57,504 nt of DNA from Seison nebaliae (lineage: Eukaryota): positions 1 to 57,504 of the forward strand of contig JALJEE010000436.1 of the NCBI GenBank assembly GCA_023231475.1, given 5' to 3'. The translations under genes were made by a program, and so were the position numbers. The notes under the pieces were generated by a model. That model was not told the DNA's origin, ran no database searches, and saw only the letters and a list, made by a program, of their open reading frames with translations. This document shows, piece by piece, positions 10,389 through 22,300 of the stretch (its first letter is position 1; every line of letters begins with the position of its first letter).

Positions 10389-12915
10389 ATGAAGCACTTT
10401 CATAAATTATTGTGGATTTTATTTCTTTTCATTAATTGTGTTTCAACCTCCGACGAATCAACGACAACATCATCAATTGAGGAAATTTCAGGAAATGATA
10501 CAAATCATGGAAATGAAACGAGTGAAGTGGAACGATATAAAATTATGCATTTCCATTTCGGTGGAGTGGCAGATCCATATATTATTGTACTTTGGATTTT
10601 AGTGGCATCATTATCCAAATTGGCATTTCATTTGAGTGATCGATTGACAAAGATATTTCCTGAATCATGTCTATTATTGGTTGTTGGATTGGTAGTTGGA
10701 ACGTTTATTTATTTTGCTGACCGAGCCGAAGAGAATTCATATCGATTAACTTTCGATTTATTCTTCTTTTATCTATTACCACCAATTGTCATTGAAGCTG
10801 GATATTTTCTACCTACTCGTGCATTTCTCGACAATTTAGGCACAATTCTTTGGTTTGCTATCGGTAACACATTATTCAATACCCTAACAATCGGTTTCTT
10901 TCTTTACGCGTTAGCTGAAGCTGGTACTTTTGGGAATAATGATGGTTTTGGTCTGTTGGCTTGTCTCACTTTTTCTGCGATCATTTCAGCCGTTGATCCA
11001 GTTGCCGTTATTGCCACATTCGAGGAGGTGCAAGTGAACGATATGTTATACATCATAGTATTTGGTGAGAGTTTATTGAATGATGCCGTTTCCGTCGTAT
11101 TGTATCGAATGTTTAATGAATATGCAAAAATTGGTCAATCCGATATCAAAGTGATTGATGTTTTCGCTGGTATTGGATCATTTTTTGTCAGTTCGATAGG
11201 AGGAGTGTTAGTTGGTGGGGCATATGCGATACTGGTGGGATTCATTACAAAATTCACTTTACATTCACAAATCTTCGAACCATTAATTGTTATGTCTCTC
11301 GCTTATCTCAGTTATTTGACGGCTGAAATGTTGTCATTCTCCGCTATTTTAGCCGCCGCATTTTGCGGATTAATCATGAAACAATATGTCAAATATAATA
11401 TCGCACCAAAATCTCATATTACTCTCACGTACACTCTCAAAATGACAAGTAATGTTATGGAATCCATCATTTTCATGTTTCTCGGTGTATCGACAGTTTC
11501 GAGAGATCACGAATTTAATGCAGCCTTCGTATTTCTTACAATCTTCGCTTGTCTCTTTTTTCGCATACTTGGAGTTCTCATATTTACAGCGATCGTTAAT
11601 CCTTATCGATTGAAACCATTGACTAAAACAGATGTCATCGTCATGTCTTATGGGGGTCTACGTGGAGCTGTGGCATTCGCTTTAGCTACCGTTCTCCAAT
11701 TGAAAGATTTCCCTGCGAAACGTGTTTTCGTTACGGCAACTATTTGTGTAGTATTTTTTACAGTGGTCGTTCAAGGAACAACAATTACTCCTTTAGTGAA
11801 TTATTTGAAAGTTCGAAGGAAAGAAGAATATGAACCCACCATTGGTAATGTATTAAATACACGTCTAATCGATCATGTTATGGCAGGAATTGAAGATATC
11901 GTCGGAATGAGAGGAGAGAATGCCATTCGAGCATATATCCGTCATTATGATAAGAATGTATTCAAACCGATGTTACTTCGAGAGAAGACGAAAGATCGTG
12001 ATGTGAAAATTCTAACGGAATTGGAAGATATCAATTTAAGATTAGCAACAGAAGTTGCAAAGAAGAATGAGAGACCCGATTTCTCACATAATCTTTCATC
12101 TGTTCCAACGTCGTTGAATCTTCAAAATGATGAAGATCATTTAATGAAAATTATTAAAAATCATATGTTCGTTCTCTTCTTTTCCATTCGTTTATCTAAT
12201 CGAACGGTTTTAGTGGAGATATAAGTTTCGAAGAAAATAAAGGTGGAGCAGAGAAAGATTTCCGACGTTATCGAACCAATTCCGTTGTGGAAACATCGTT
12301 ACCACCACAACGTATTCTCGAACAATCATTACTTGATCCTAGAAAACGAGTTTCTCATTTTTGAAATTTATTCATTTTTAAAATTTTCAAAAAATTTTTG
12401 TTTCTTCGTCTAGCTCGTTTTTCAACGTCGTGGAACTGTCGTTGAATTGAACGATAATTTAGCATCGCCAATTCATCATCATGAAAGAATGTGGCTACGA
12501 AGATTTCTTAACACAGAAGACCATTTCCCACAATCCATACGAAATAGTATGAGAGTCACTGAAAGGAGAGCTCATTTAAGTTAGTCAAATATTTAATCTC
12601 ATGTAAAATAATGCAAATTTTCCTTTTAGTACATCTTTCGTTTTTGAATGATTTCCTTTTTAACGAGATCGCTTCTGATTTTCCATTATAAAATTTTATA
12701 AAATATTTTTCGTCTTGTCATCTAATCTTCTTGTTCTAATGTCACTTTCTTTCTTTGAAGAAGACCGATCGAACACAACAAGAATACCTTATAATGAAGA
12801 TCATTTTGGAGGGAGGAATTTACGAAATCGTAGTTCAAAAGGCAACGGTCGACTACGGTCCATTACTGGAGGTATGTTTAGGAAAAGAAGCGAAAGTACA
12901 AATTCTCGAAAATGA
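10389..12915 (+). CDS. plasma-membrane-type Na+/H+ exchanger (SLC9A/NHE family)
   Basis: Signal peptide and motifs PESCLL, FFFYLLPPI, AVDPVAV, FGESLLNDAV and YGGLRGA. The C-tail continues through introns 12167-12213, 12350-12413 and 12580-12760 (alternative acceptor at 12629). Confidence 0.95.
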
Positions 12916-13073
12916 GAAGTGACTCTTTTAGTGACTCAAATTCAAATTTGAGTTGTGCTTTTTATTTTGGTGCTAATTTTATTATTTTTCTCCCATTTCT
13001 ATGCATTTCCATTCTAATTCCATTACTTTTATTCCTTAAAAAATTATTTAATTTATTTAAAGAATATTCTCAT

Positions 13074-13757
13074 TTATAAAATAACACAAGTTTTCATTTC
13101 ATTTGTTGACGTCAAATTATCGGGTAAACTTACCGTATCGTAATCATTTTTTTCTTTATGGTAATTTATAGTCATTTGGATTCGTTTCTTTTTTACTGAT
13201 TTGACATTTTTCGTCTCTCGTAAATTTAATGATTTCGTTCCTTCTTTCTTCTCCATTGACTTATCGTTCTCCAATTTTTGATACTGAGGAATCGGTTGCA
13301 AATTACTCAGTATGGCTGGTTGGGATGATAATCGATAAGGCGTTTTCGATATCTGCTGTGCAGTCAGATGAATGTTGTTTGTTGTATTTCTGTTTTCCGG
13401 TTTGTTGATTGGAGGTAATCGGATTGTTCGAATACTTTTCACTGGTTTGATGGTGGGATCGTCAATATCTTCAAGAAAACTACCAATTTGTGATTTGTGC
13501 AAGTGATGATTGATGGTTTGATTCGATAATTTTGATTGTATTTCATTCCGAAGAATATGAATAGTTGGAAATTTAGATTTCTTTAAAATACTTTTCTTCT
13601 GACATTTCTTAAGAGGAATATTCTCTATTGATTGTAATCGATTATCTAATTCGTTATAGTTTGTTACGGAAATTTTTTCAGAGGAAAATTTTACTGATCG
13701 TTCATTAACGTCGAAAGAATTAAGAGATTTACTTGTTAATCGATCAAATGTTTTCAT
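13074..13757 (-). CDS. hypothetical basic, low-complexity protein, about 227 aa (candidate ciliary gene)
   Basis: Long ORF with first ATG at 13757, convergent with the NHE gene; an X-box lies upstream. Confidence 0.65.
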   Translation of the reverse strand: MKTFDRLTSKSLNSFDVNERSVKFSSEKISVTNYNELDNRLQSIENIPLKKCQKKSILKKSKFPTIHILRNEIQSKLSNQTINHHLHKSQIGSFLEDIDDPTIKPVKSIRTIRLPPINKPENRNTTNNIHLTAQQISKTPYRLSSQPAILSNLQPIPQYQKLENDKSMEKKEGTKSLNLRETKNVKSVKKKRIQMTINYHKEKNDYDTVSLPDNLTSTNEMKTCVIL

Positions 13758-13896
13758 TAAAACCAAATTAGCGATCTGTCAATTCTCCAGTCATTCAATT
13801 CACATTCCTTGAAAGTGTGTCCACCTACCAAGAAATAATAAGAGATCATTCATAGTATTTCTACTTCATGAAGTGTTCTATTTATTTCTTGTTATC

Positions 13897-13910
13897 GTTT
13901 CCATAACAAC
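13897..13910. promoter_or_regulatory. RFX X-box
   Basis: GTTTCC-AT-AACAAC fits the GTHNYY-AT-RRNAAC consensus and lies 140 nt upstream of the ATG at 13757. Confidence 0.55.
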
Positions 13911-14838
13911 GAGTATAACATTTACTTAAGGTCGATGGTGTATGTGGAATATGTGAGGCAATTCCATCGAATATGTTTTCTAAGGAAAAAAATGGAAAAT
14001 AATTGTTCCTAGAAAAATAACAAGAGTTCTTGTGATATTTCATTCATGATTCCACATATCAATTTCCCTTTTCAGAACCATATTGAATATTGACTTTATC
14101 TTTTAATTAGAAATAGTTTAAATTTACTTTCTATAAATAATCGTTAATGCAAATTGATGGTGATTGTACGACACTTGCCTAGTTATTATTCTGCTTTCTG
14201 ACATGTTTCAACAACCATTCTCAATATAAGTCGTATGATATACATACATATCTTATTCCAAAATATTATAGAATTATCGATAAACGACACAAGTAAAATT
14301 GGTCACGTTCTCCAAAATATATTTCCGATCTCAAATAACATTAATGAAATTAACTGAAGGTTCATATGGAAAAAGTTATTAATTTTTTAAATTTCGATTA
14401 TGTCGTCAAGTAAAACATTTTAAAGGAATCGAACTTGATGAAGTAGCATATTGTATTGATAGAATAATAAAAGCATTTATTTCTAATTAATACACACGTG
14501 GACTCATTTATCATTGCACACATATCGTATGATATGAGAAGAATGAAAATCAGAAATTGTTGTACGGATTTTTTTGTTGGTGAATTGGAAATAAATAAAT
14601 ATCGATGATTTTAAAGTGAAAATAAGGAAAAGTTTAAAAAGAATTGAAATGGAAATTGAAATGATAATGAAATTATAATAAAATATAAATTTTTCTGAGA
14701 GAATAAATAACTGAATTGTTTGTCCAAATGATGAATAAAAGATAGTTATTATCTCTTAGAAATCATTGTGAAATTGAGAAATATATTCCTGATCTTCATT
14801 TGATTTTTAATTGAATTTTTTTCTTAATTGAAATGAGT

Positions 14839-15262
14839 TTAAGTTCTGTGATCTGATTTGAACGGAGCTTCCACATATAAATTCAATCCATCTGACGACA
14901 ATCTGGCGCCTAATTCATCACTATTCGCATATGTTGGCAATTTGGAACGATGTTCCATTCGAGATTCACTAGCCACACCAGTCTGAGATTTATTACTTGC
15001 AGCTCTCACAATTACCACGTCATTACCTTCCAAATTGACCGAGATGGTGTTCGGGTCAAATCGACTGATCTCTATTGTCATTACACTCTTCTTTTTAACA
15101 AGATCATCTTCAAATTTCGGCATCGGTGGTACTGGTGATGTTGGCGATTTGTGAGAAGAAGATGATTGTTGTTGTTGTTGTTGTTGTTCGTTCGAAGAAA
15201 TTTGGACATCTGATGGACGTGTTGGCGTTTCGACTGTCATACCTGAAATATATTTCTGATTT

Positions 15263-15294
<32 letters not shown>

Positions 15295-16685
15295 ATGATA
15301 ATTCGATGATGCAGATGAAGAGATTGGTGTGGACAATATGAATGATGATTCTTGTTTGGGGAAGTTTATCGATTTTGGCTGAGAAAAATGATCCTGATGA
15401 TGACGTTGTTGTTGTTGTTGTTCGGCTTGATGATGTTCATATGACGATTGATATTTATTATTCGTGTCATATGTTGAACGATATTGATTATTATGATGTT
15501 GTTGTTGTTGCTGTTTAAAACGATCCTCATCTGCAAATGTGACAGATTTCGATGATTGCGGTGAGTCCATATGGTGGATAGCAGTCGGTTGAGAATGAAC
15601 CGATGATTGTGAGGGAGCGATAGCTGGAGGTGATGAATATTCGATTGAATTCTCATGTTTTTCCACTTCGATGACAAGCGCACCTTCGTCAGTGATACGC
15701 CAATGCATTTTATTCGGATCTGCACTAGATGGTAAATCGAATGATTTTGATAATTCTTTCTTCGAATATGATTCTTCACTTCCTTTAACAAATCTTAGTA
15801 ATACTAATAAAACAATTAGTTTAACCTTCAATGTGAGATCCTCGTACGAGAAGAGTTCTTCCTTGAATTCGTACGTCCAAATCTTTCGGATGAAAACCAA
15901 ACACGTCAATGACCACACGATATGCGATCTCTTTCCCCTCAGTTAACGTTCCTTTTACATGTTCGTTCGTTACATCAGTTGCTTGTGTACGATCGGAGGA
16001 AACTAAAATTTATAAAAAAATTAAATTTTACAAAATTTAAATTTAAACGTGCGGGTATAATCGTTTGACGGAAATCGGGAGATTTGAAATCAGGCATTAC
16101 TGGGAAGTTCATTGGAGTGATCATCGGTTGTAACGGTTGTAGCGGTTGTAACGCCGGTAATTGTGCCATCGGTTGCAAAGGAGCGATTGGTTTGAAAGGT
16201 AAATGTGGTTCAATTGGCGCTCCATTTTTTGTTGAAGAATGATATTCCTCTATTATCCAAAAAAGTTATGAATAAAATAAGAGAAACTATTCTAAACTAT
16301 GATATGTTTTTGTTCGGCTTCCATCTGGATTTTTGCGTTCACTACTATTCTCACTCATAGTTGTGCCGGGTCCACTCGGGAATTGTGGTTCGGGTATGCT
16401 CGTAAAATTATGTGGAGCGCCAGCGAATTGTAAACGTGGAAATTCATGTCGACGTCGAAATGGTGAAAATAAATCTTGATCGTTAAATTGCTGACTTAAT
16501 CTTGATGGAGGAGTAATCCAAAAGTCGTCAAATGGCGAGTCTAAGAATTGGACAGGTGAACGTCTTTGCAAGCTGTTGGCTAATGGTATGCTTCTTTGCA
16601 TACTTGATGGATTGACACCGCCACCTGAACTAGTTTTTGAAGATTTCGTAGAATAATGATAACTAGAATGTGAATTTTGACTCAT
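14839..16685 (-). CDS. small heat-shock protein with two alpha-crystallin domains, about 569 aa, 4 exons
   Basis: Introns 16250-16297, 16003-16048 and 15783-15825. ACD1 reads YRVVIDVFGFHPKDLDVRIQGRTLLVRGSH...FDLPSSADP...ITDEGALVIEV. ACD2 reads IEISRFDPNTISV...LPTYANSDELGARLSSDGLNLYVEAP. A polyQ/H linker separates them. Confidence 0.88.
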
Positions 16686-17825
16686 AATTAAAGGAATCTG
16701 CAGCAATATTCAGAAGAGATGATCATATGCTGATTTATTAGATGGAAAATAATTAAAATTTATTTGAAAAATATAAGAAATCTCTCGAGGGAAAATTAGT
16801 AGAAATGAAGAATTATTCATACAATTCCAATGGGAACGAAGAAGGAAAGATAAAGACAAAAGAATTGTTGAGATGGAAACGCTACACATTCGGTGGAATG
16901 GCAATCGGGTACTTTTTATTAAAATTTTAATTTAATGCAATCGATCAATCTGTATATAAACAGTTACATGAAGAAATGAAAAAGATCATAATGTACTCTA
17001 ATTATAATTGGGGAAATGTTGTAAATGAGAAAAAAGAGAACATTCCATTCCACATTTTATTTTTGTTCAATTCTTCGAAATGGACTAAAATAGAATTTAT
17101 GTAACATCATATATGTCTGTTAACATATATTCTCACTTTGAAAAATTACTTTTTTTTTATTTTATGACTAATAAATTATCTTTTTCATTAATTCATTAAA
17201 CATTCTCATTCCTCCATCTTTATCATCGATATACATATAGAAAATAGTTTATCTATATTTGATACAAATATTATTCATTGAATTACTTCCATGGAATATT
17301 ATTCGAATTTGAAGAGAAACTTCCAAATTACACCAGCACAAATAACTTCAGTTGAGTTGTCGAGACTAATATAATTTCGTTTATCTCTGCACCAACTTCG
17401 ATAACCTTCGAGAATTCGCAATTGAAATTAAAAAAAGAAGAAAGAACTCTGAAAGTTTTAGAGATAACACGTTTCTTTCATATAGTGTTGATTAAATATA
17501 AATAAATTGGAAACGAATGACCAAGAGTGATGGGTGAAATAAAATGATAAAATATGGGGAGAAATAATGTTGCTTCACTTTTCTCAGTAAGACTACCTTA
17601 AATAGAAAACTCAATTAAGAAACTGTTAGAAAATTTCTAGAAAAGAGAGATCCATCCTACATTCAACTATCTGTCCGATCGATTACCCCCTTACCAAAAA
17701 GAAAAAAATGAATAGTATTCGTCAATCATTTGATTCTGGTGGAAAGGCAGTGATGGTAAAAGACCTTAATCAACATGAATCAACATTTGAAAATATTTTT
17801 CTTCTTTTTTCTTACTAGCTCATTA

Positions 17826-18271
17826 TTATTCCTTCGAAATTTCCATTCTCTTTTCTTCCTGGTTGGGCCGACTCTTCTGTGAATGGTCTATGTTCATTCC
17901 CGTTTATCATACAATCACCATCTTCAAAAGTATTTGGTTAGATAGATCGTCAATGTCGGTATTTTGTCGACTTTCACTTGAAATTGCATCACCATCATTA
18001 TCAATCTCTTTCTATCTTTCTTCGTCTGGTCCGGTCCTAGTTCTTTGTTCGAATAAATCATTTCAACCTTGACGATTTTTATTTGGAGTCTCTTTCTCTT
18101 TCTCTCTCTCTCTATGTGCGTTGTATCTCTCCTGAAACACATTCACACTTTATGATATTCATTGTTTCTATGTTAGTTCATTCGACGTTTTAACGATGAG
18201 GGAGAAGATATATAAATAATGACGGTGATGATGATTATTGTAATGATGTTATTTTTGGTAATTTTGTTCAT
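17826..18271 (-). CDS. possible small secreted protein, about 94 aa, 4 exons
   Basis: Introns 18132-18194, 18012-18067 and 17877-17918 join in frame: MNKITKNNIITIIIITVIIYISSPSSRDTTHIERERKRKRLQIKIVKKEIDNDGDAISSESRQNTDIDDLSNQILLKMKSRPNQEEKRMEISKE*. One acceptor is purine-rich. Confidence 0.4.
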
Positions 18272-19352
18272 GACGATGACTCATGAACAAACGAATACAT
18301 TGAGTTATCTATCAAACAGATTATATAACAATTAAAGTTTCATTATTTTACTTAACTATTTAATTTGGGACTATCGGTAAAATTAGATGTCGATACATTT
18401 TATGGAGATAGAGATTCACATCCTATCTCTATCGATTATGTTTTATTGCGTAAATGTTTTTATTGATTTGAGTTATATAAAACTATATATTAAAATTATA
18501 AACTTCATATGGATACATATAGCCATGATTGATGCCCATACAGATTACCATCACTTACTTTGTGTTTCGTGTGTAACTCCCATTCATTTAACTACCATAT
18601 CTGGCACGTACAAGGCATAACGTTCGAGGATGATTCATTCTTTCTTTTCAACAAACAAAAAGTAATAATAAATACTATTAATGGAATCAATAATAAGAAG
18701 AAATTCTTCTTAATCTCTTCTCAATGAATGTTAATGAACTTACTTAAATTAGTGCTGTGACTTACGAACACAAAGTTGTACGTAATTTCGTCTGTATATT
18801 CTCTGTAAATCTATGTTTCCTCCTCTATTATTCCATACGCCATTCCATTCCATTTCTTCTTCTTCATTATTCATTAGACCCATCAGAATGAGTTATTCCG
18901 GTGAAGGCAACCTTAATTCCAAGCAATTTGACATATAATAAAAAAATAATCATCAGTTTGTGCCATTTGTCATGAATATTATTCGATAACCGTAAAACTT
19001 CATTTACATCTGTCCACTTCGAAATTGCACCAACAAAAATTTTGACAATCAATATTGTGTGAAGAAAAGAAATTTTAAATATTTTAGAATAAATTGAAGA
19101 ATTATAAAATAAAATTTTTATTTAAAAAATTATTCAATTCTGTTTTGAAAACGTCATTCAAAATCATTCAAAAATATTTATAATAAAAATCATTCAAGTT
19201 ATTTCATGTTTAATTACACAATTAATAATTTCGATGAATCAATCACATCAATCAATGATTCAGGTAGCTATTGTATAATTATCATATGTCGGATGATGAT
19301 CTATTATAATGATACTGTTAAAAAAGATGAAAGGAGAAATCGAGTTCAATAT

Positions 19353-22300
19353 TTATACATCACATCCATTATTAATAAAATTTAGATGAGGTATCATCGT
19401 TTCTGTTGATGAGCGTCGTTGAGGAGAATTAGGTAAATGGAACGAATCTGAATCAGTTGTTGAACTATCGATATTCAAAATTTCTTGTTGTTGACGTGCA
19501 TAATTAGCCCTCGATAATCGTTTCGTTGCTAATCGACCACTTGGAGAGATTTGTGTTAAATCAGAAGCAAATCGTACTTCAATTGGTTGAGATAATGACG
19601 ATTTCGATCCTGTTAATGTTGCTGTTATATTATGTGACGACTGTTCATCAAATACCGCTTCATAATTCCTACATTTCCTTTGTGATCGATATTTGGAAGC
19701 GGAAGACGATGTTGTTGAAGACATTCCAAACGCACCAGTTGTTACAGCAGAACAATTCAATTGATTCGATTGATCGATCCAAGGAGAATTTAAATATTCT
19801 TCCGATCGATTCAATTTTTTCGCTAATTCCGATAACGGTGTCAATCTGGTGGCTGGTTGACCATTTCTATGATTCTGAGAGAATCTGATATTTTTGTCAG
19901 GTGTCATATTCATTTTTGATGCATTTTGTTTCACCGAATTCATCGGTGTCACTGCATCGAATGGAAGTGATTGATTAAATGTATCGATTCGATCAATGGT
20001 CGATCGATGATCACTATTTCTTTCGATTGTATGACGATTGATTAAACGATTCGGTTGAGCATATGAAGAAGAGTTTGCATTGTTTATGGCACGAATAGCT
20101 GCAACTTGTAACGTTGAACTTGAATCATTTTTCGTCGGATATTTCTTGTCGATTGTGGTGATGGAATTAATGGAAGATGCAATGGTATCACGACGATTTG
20201 GTGATAGAACTATATTTCTTGCTAATTTCATCTCTCCGTTTCGACGTGATGTTTGTTTTATTTGATTATATGGATGTTCGTATGAATTATGATTGTAATG
20301 CATTTGAGGTACGACCGATGCGGTTATTTGTTGATTTATCGATTTCTTATAATCATCACCCTCATAATAAACATTTGAAAGCTGATTAAAGAATGATGTG
20401 GATTGTTGTTCTTGTTCACCTTCTCGATTTTGACCCTCATGATTATTTGCTGGATTATATTGATAATTGTTTCCATCCGGATGATCTAACATCATCATTA
20501 AATCTTCTTCTGGTGGTGTAGCTGTACGATCATTAGATACTTGTGTTTCATCATTCGATAAAGATGAAACATAATAATCATCAGATACTACTCGTAATTT
20601 GGCTGCTTCACTCAAATTGATGGAATAATTTGGATGTGGAAGATAATTTTTCGTCATTTCATCTTTCCTCTCATTCGATATATGATTGAAGTTCGAACGA
20701 TTACCATTGGAATAATATGATGGTTTAGATGTATTTCTTCTTTTCTTGAAACATTTCCTCAATTCTCTATTGCAAAGACCAGTGGTGAAATGAGTAGAGA
20801 GACATGTGTAATACCAAATCAATCTTGATCTCGACAAACGATTCGACCACAAATCAAAAATCATATGAATAATTGTTAGAATGACAATGACGGATATATA
20901 CCAGAATTTCGACGTGAATACCTTATAATATCCATTCTCATTCGAATATTGTTGTTGTTGACTATTTTTCGACGAGAGGATCATAGTGATGATCATAAGA
21001 ATATAAAGAAGTAGAAGAATTAAATAATTCTTTCCGATATTCATCAATTTCAATTTATTATCATTCTCTTTATCTGTCGTACGTTTTCCTTTAACATATA
21101 AAATACATATAATGATCAATGAGACGAGCGAGAACAAAAGAATTGGAATGATAATTGTTAAATTATATAATGATAATCCAATCGAATCTAATGATGATAA
21201 AGTAATATTGGAGATAGGAAAGAATGGAATTGAAAGATGATTATTATTAGGATACTCATCTCGATTCACTAAAAAACAAATAATTGAATAAATTAGAGGA
21301 AGAAGAAATATGAAGAATAATAAAATCATTATTGATCTCTTCTTATCATCCAATTTCTTTTCATTCTCATTAATTTCATTCTTTTTCGCTTTTTGTTGTT
21401 GTTCTTGTTGTTGTTGTTGATTATCTTTCTCATTACTTATTGATAAGGGAGTTGTAGTGATGGTTGAGGGAGTTGCTGATGATGAAGTAATTGAGAATGT
21501 CTCACAATGATTTGTAATCGTCGTCAAATAATAAACGAGAATGATTTCGATAAAAATCCAAATAAATATCGAAATTAAAAAATAATGTAACAATATCGTA
21601 ATAATGAGATAAATATATTTCATCCAAATATTATCATGATGATTATGAACAGAAATTATTGATGTATCAATGAACAAATAAAACAAGATTGATATGAGAA
21701 AATATCTCAATAAATAAATTCGAATTGACATCGGTTCAAATTTCATTTGTGATTTCTTCCCAGAATTTATGGAATTCGTTCCAAGAACCTTATTCAAAAT
21801 CAGACTGATAACAAACAAGATGAGAGAACAAATACAACCAATCACTAAAATGACAAAATCCAACAAGAAATTCTCACTAATTTCCAATGGACTTTGATTC
21901 CATGAAATAATTCCAATCAATAAGAATGGTGTAGCAGATCCGGATGAATATTGTTGACGATTTGGATTGTCGGTAAAATTCTCTCGAAATATTTTTGAAT
22001 TATCTTCTATTTTACATTTACATTGAATTGATATCGATAAATTATTGGATGGTAAAAATTTGATATTAGAAATCTTTTCAATTTCACATTTCTCCTTATT
22101 CCATTTCATCGATTTCTCATTCCAAATTCCACAATTGATAAATTGTTCCATGTCCTTCCTCCAACTATTCATCGGAGAATTAATGTGAATTGATGAATAA
22201 GATTGAATAGTCCTTGAATGATTCATGAAAATATTCTGCCATGGAGATGGTATGACGATATCATGAAATTTTACTTTTACTAATAATCGTTGCCAATCAA

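Noticed and set aside
15126..15791. PolyV and polyN/I ORFs overlapping the sHSP
   Set aside because: Alternate-frame or antisense readings of CAA/CAT repeats encoding the polyQ/H linker.
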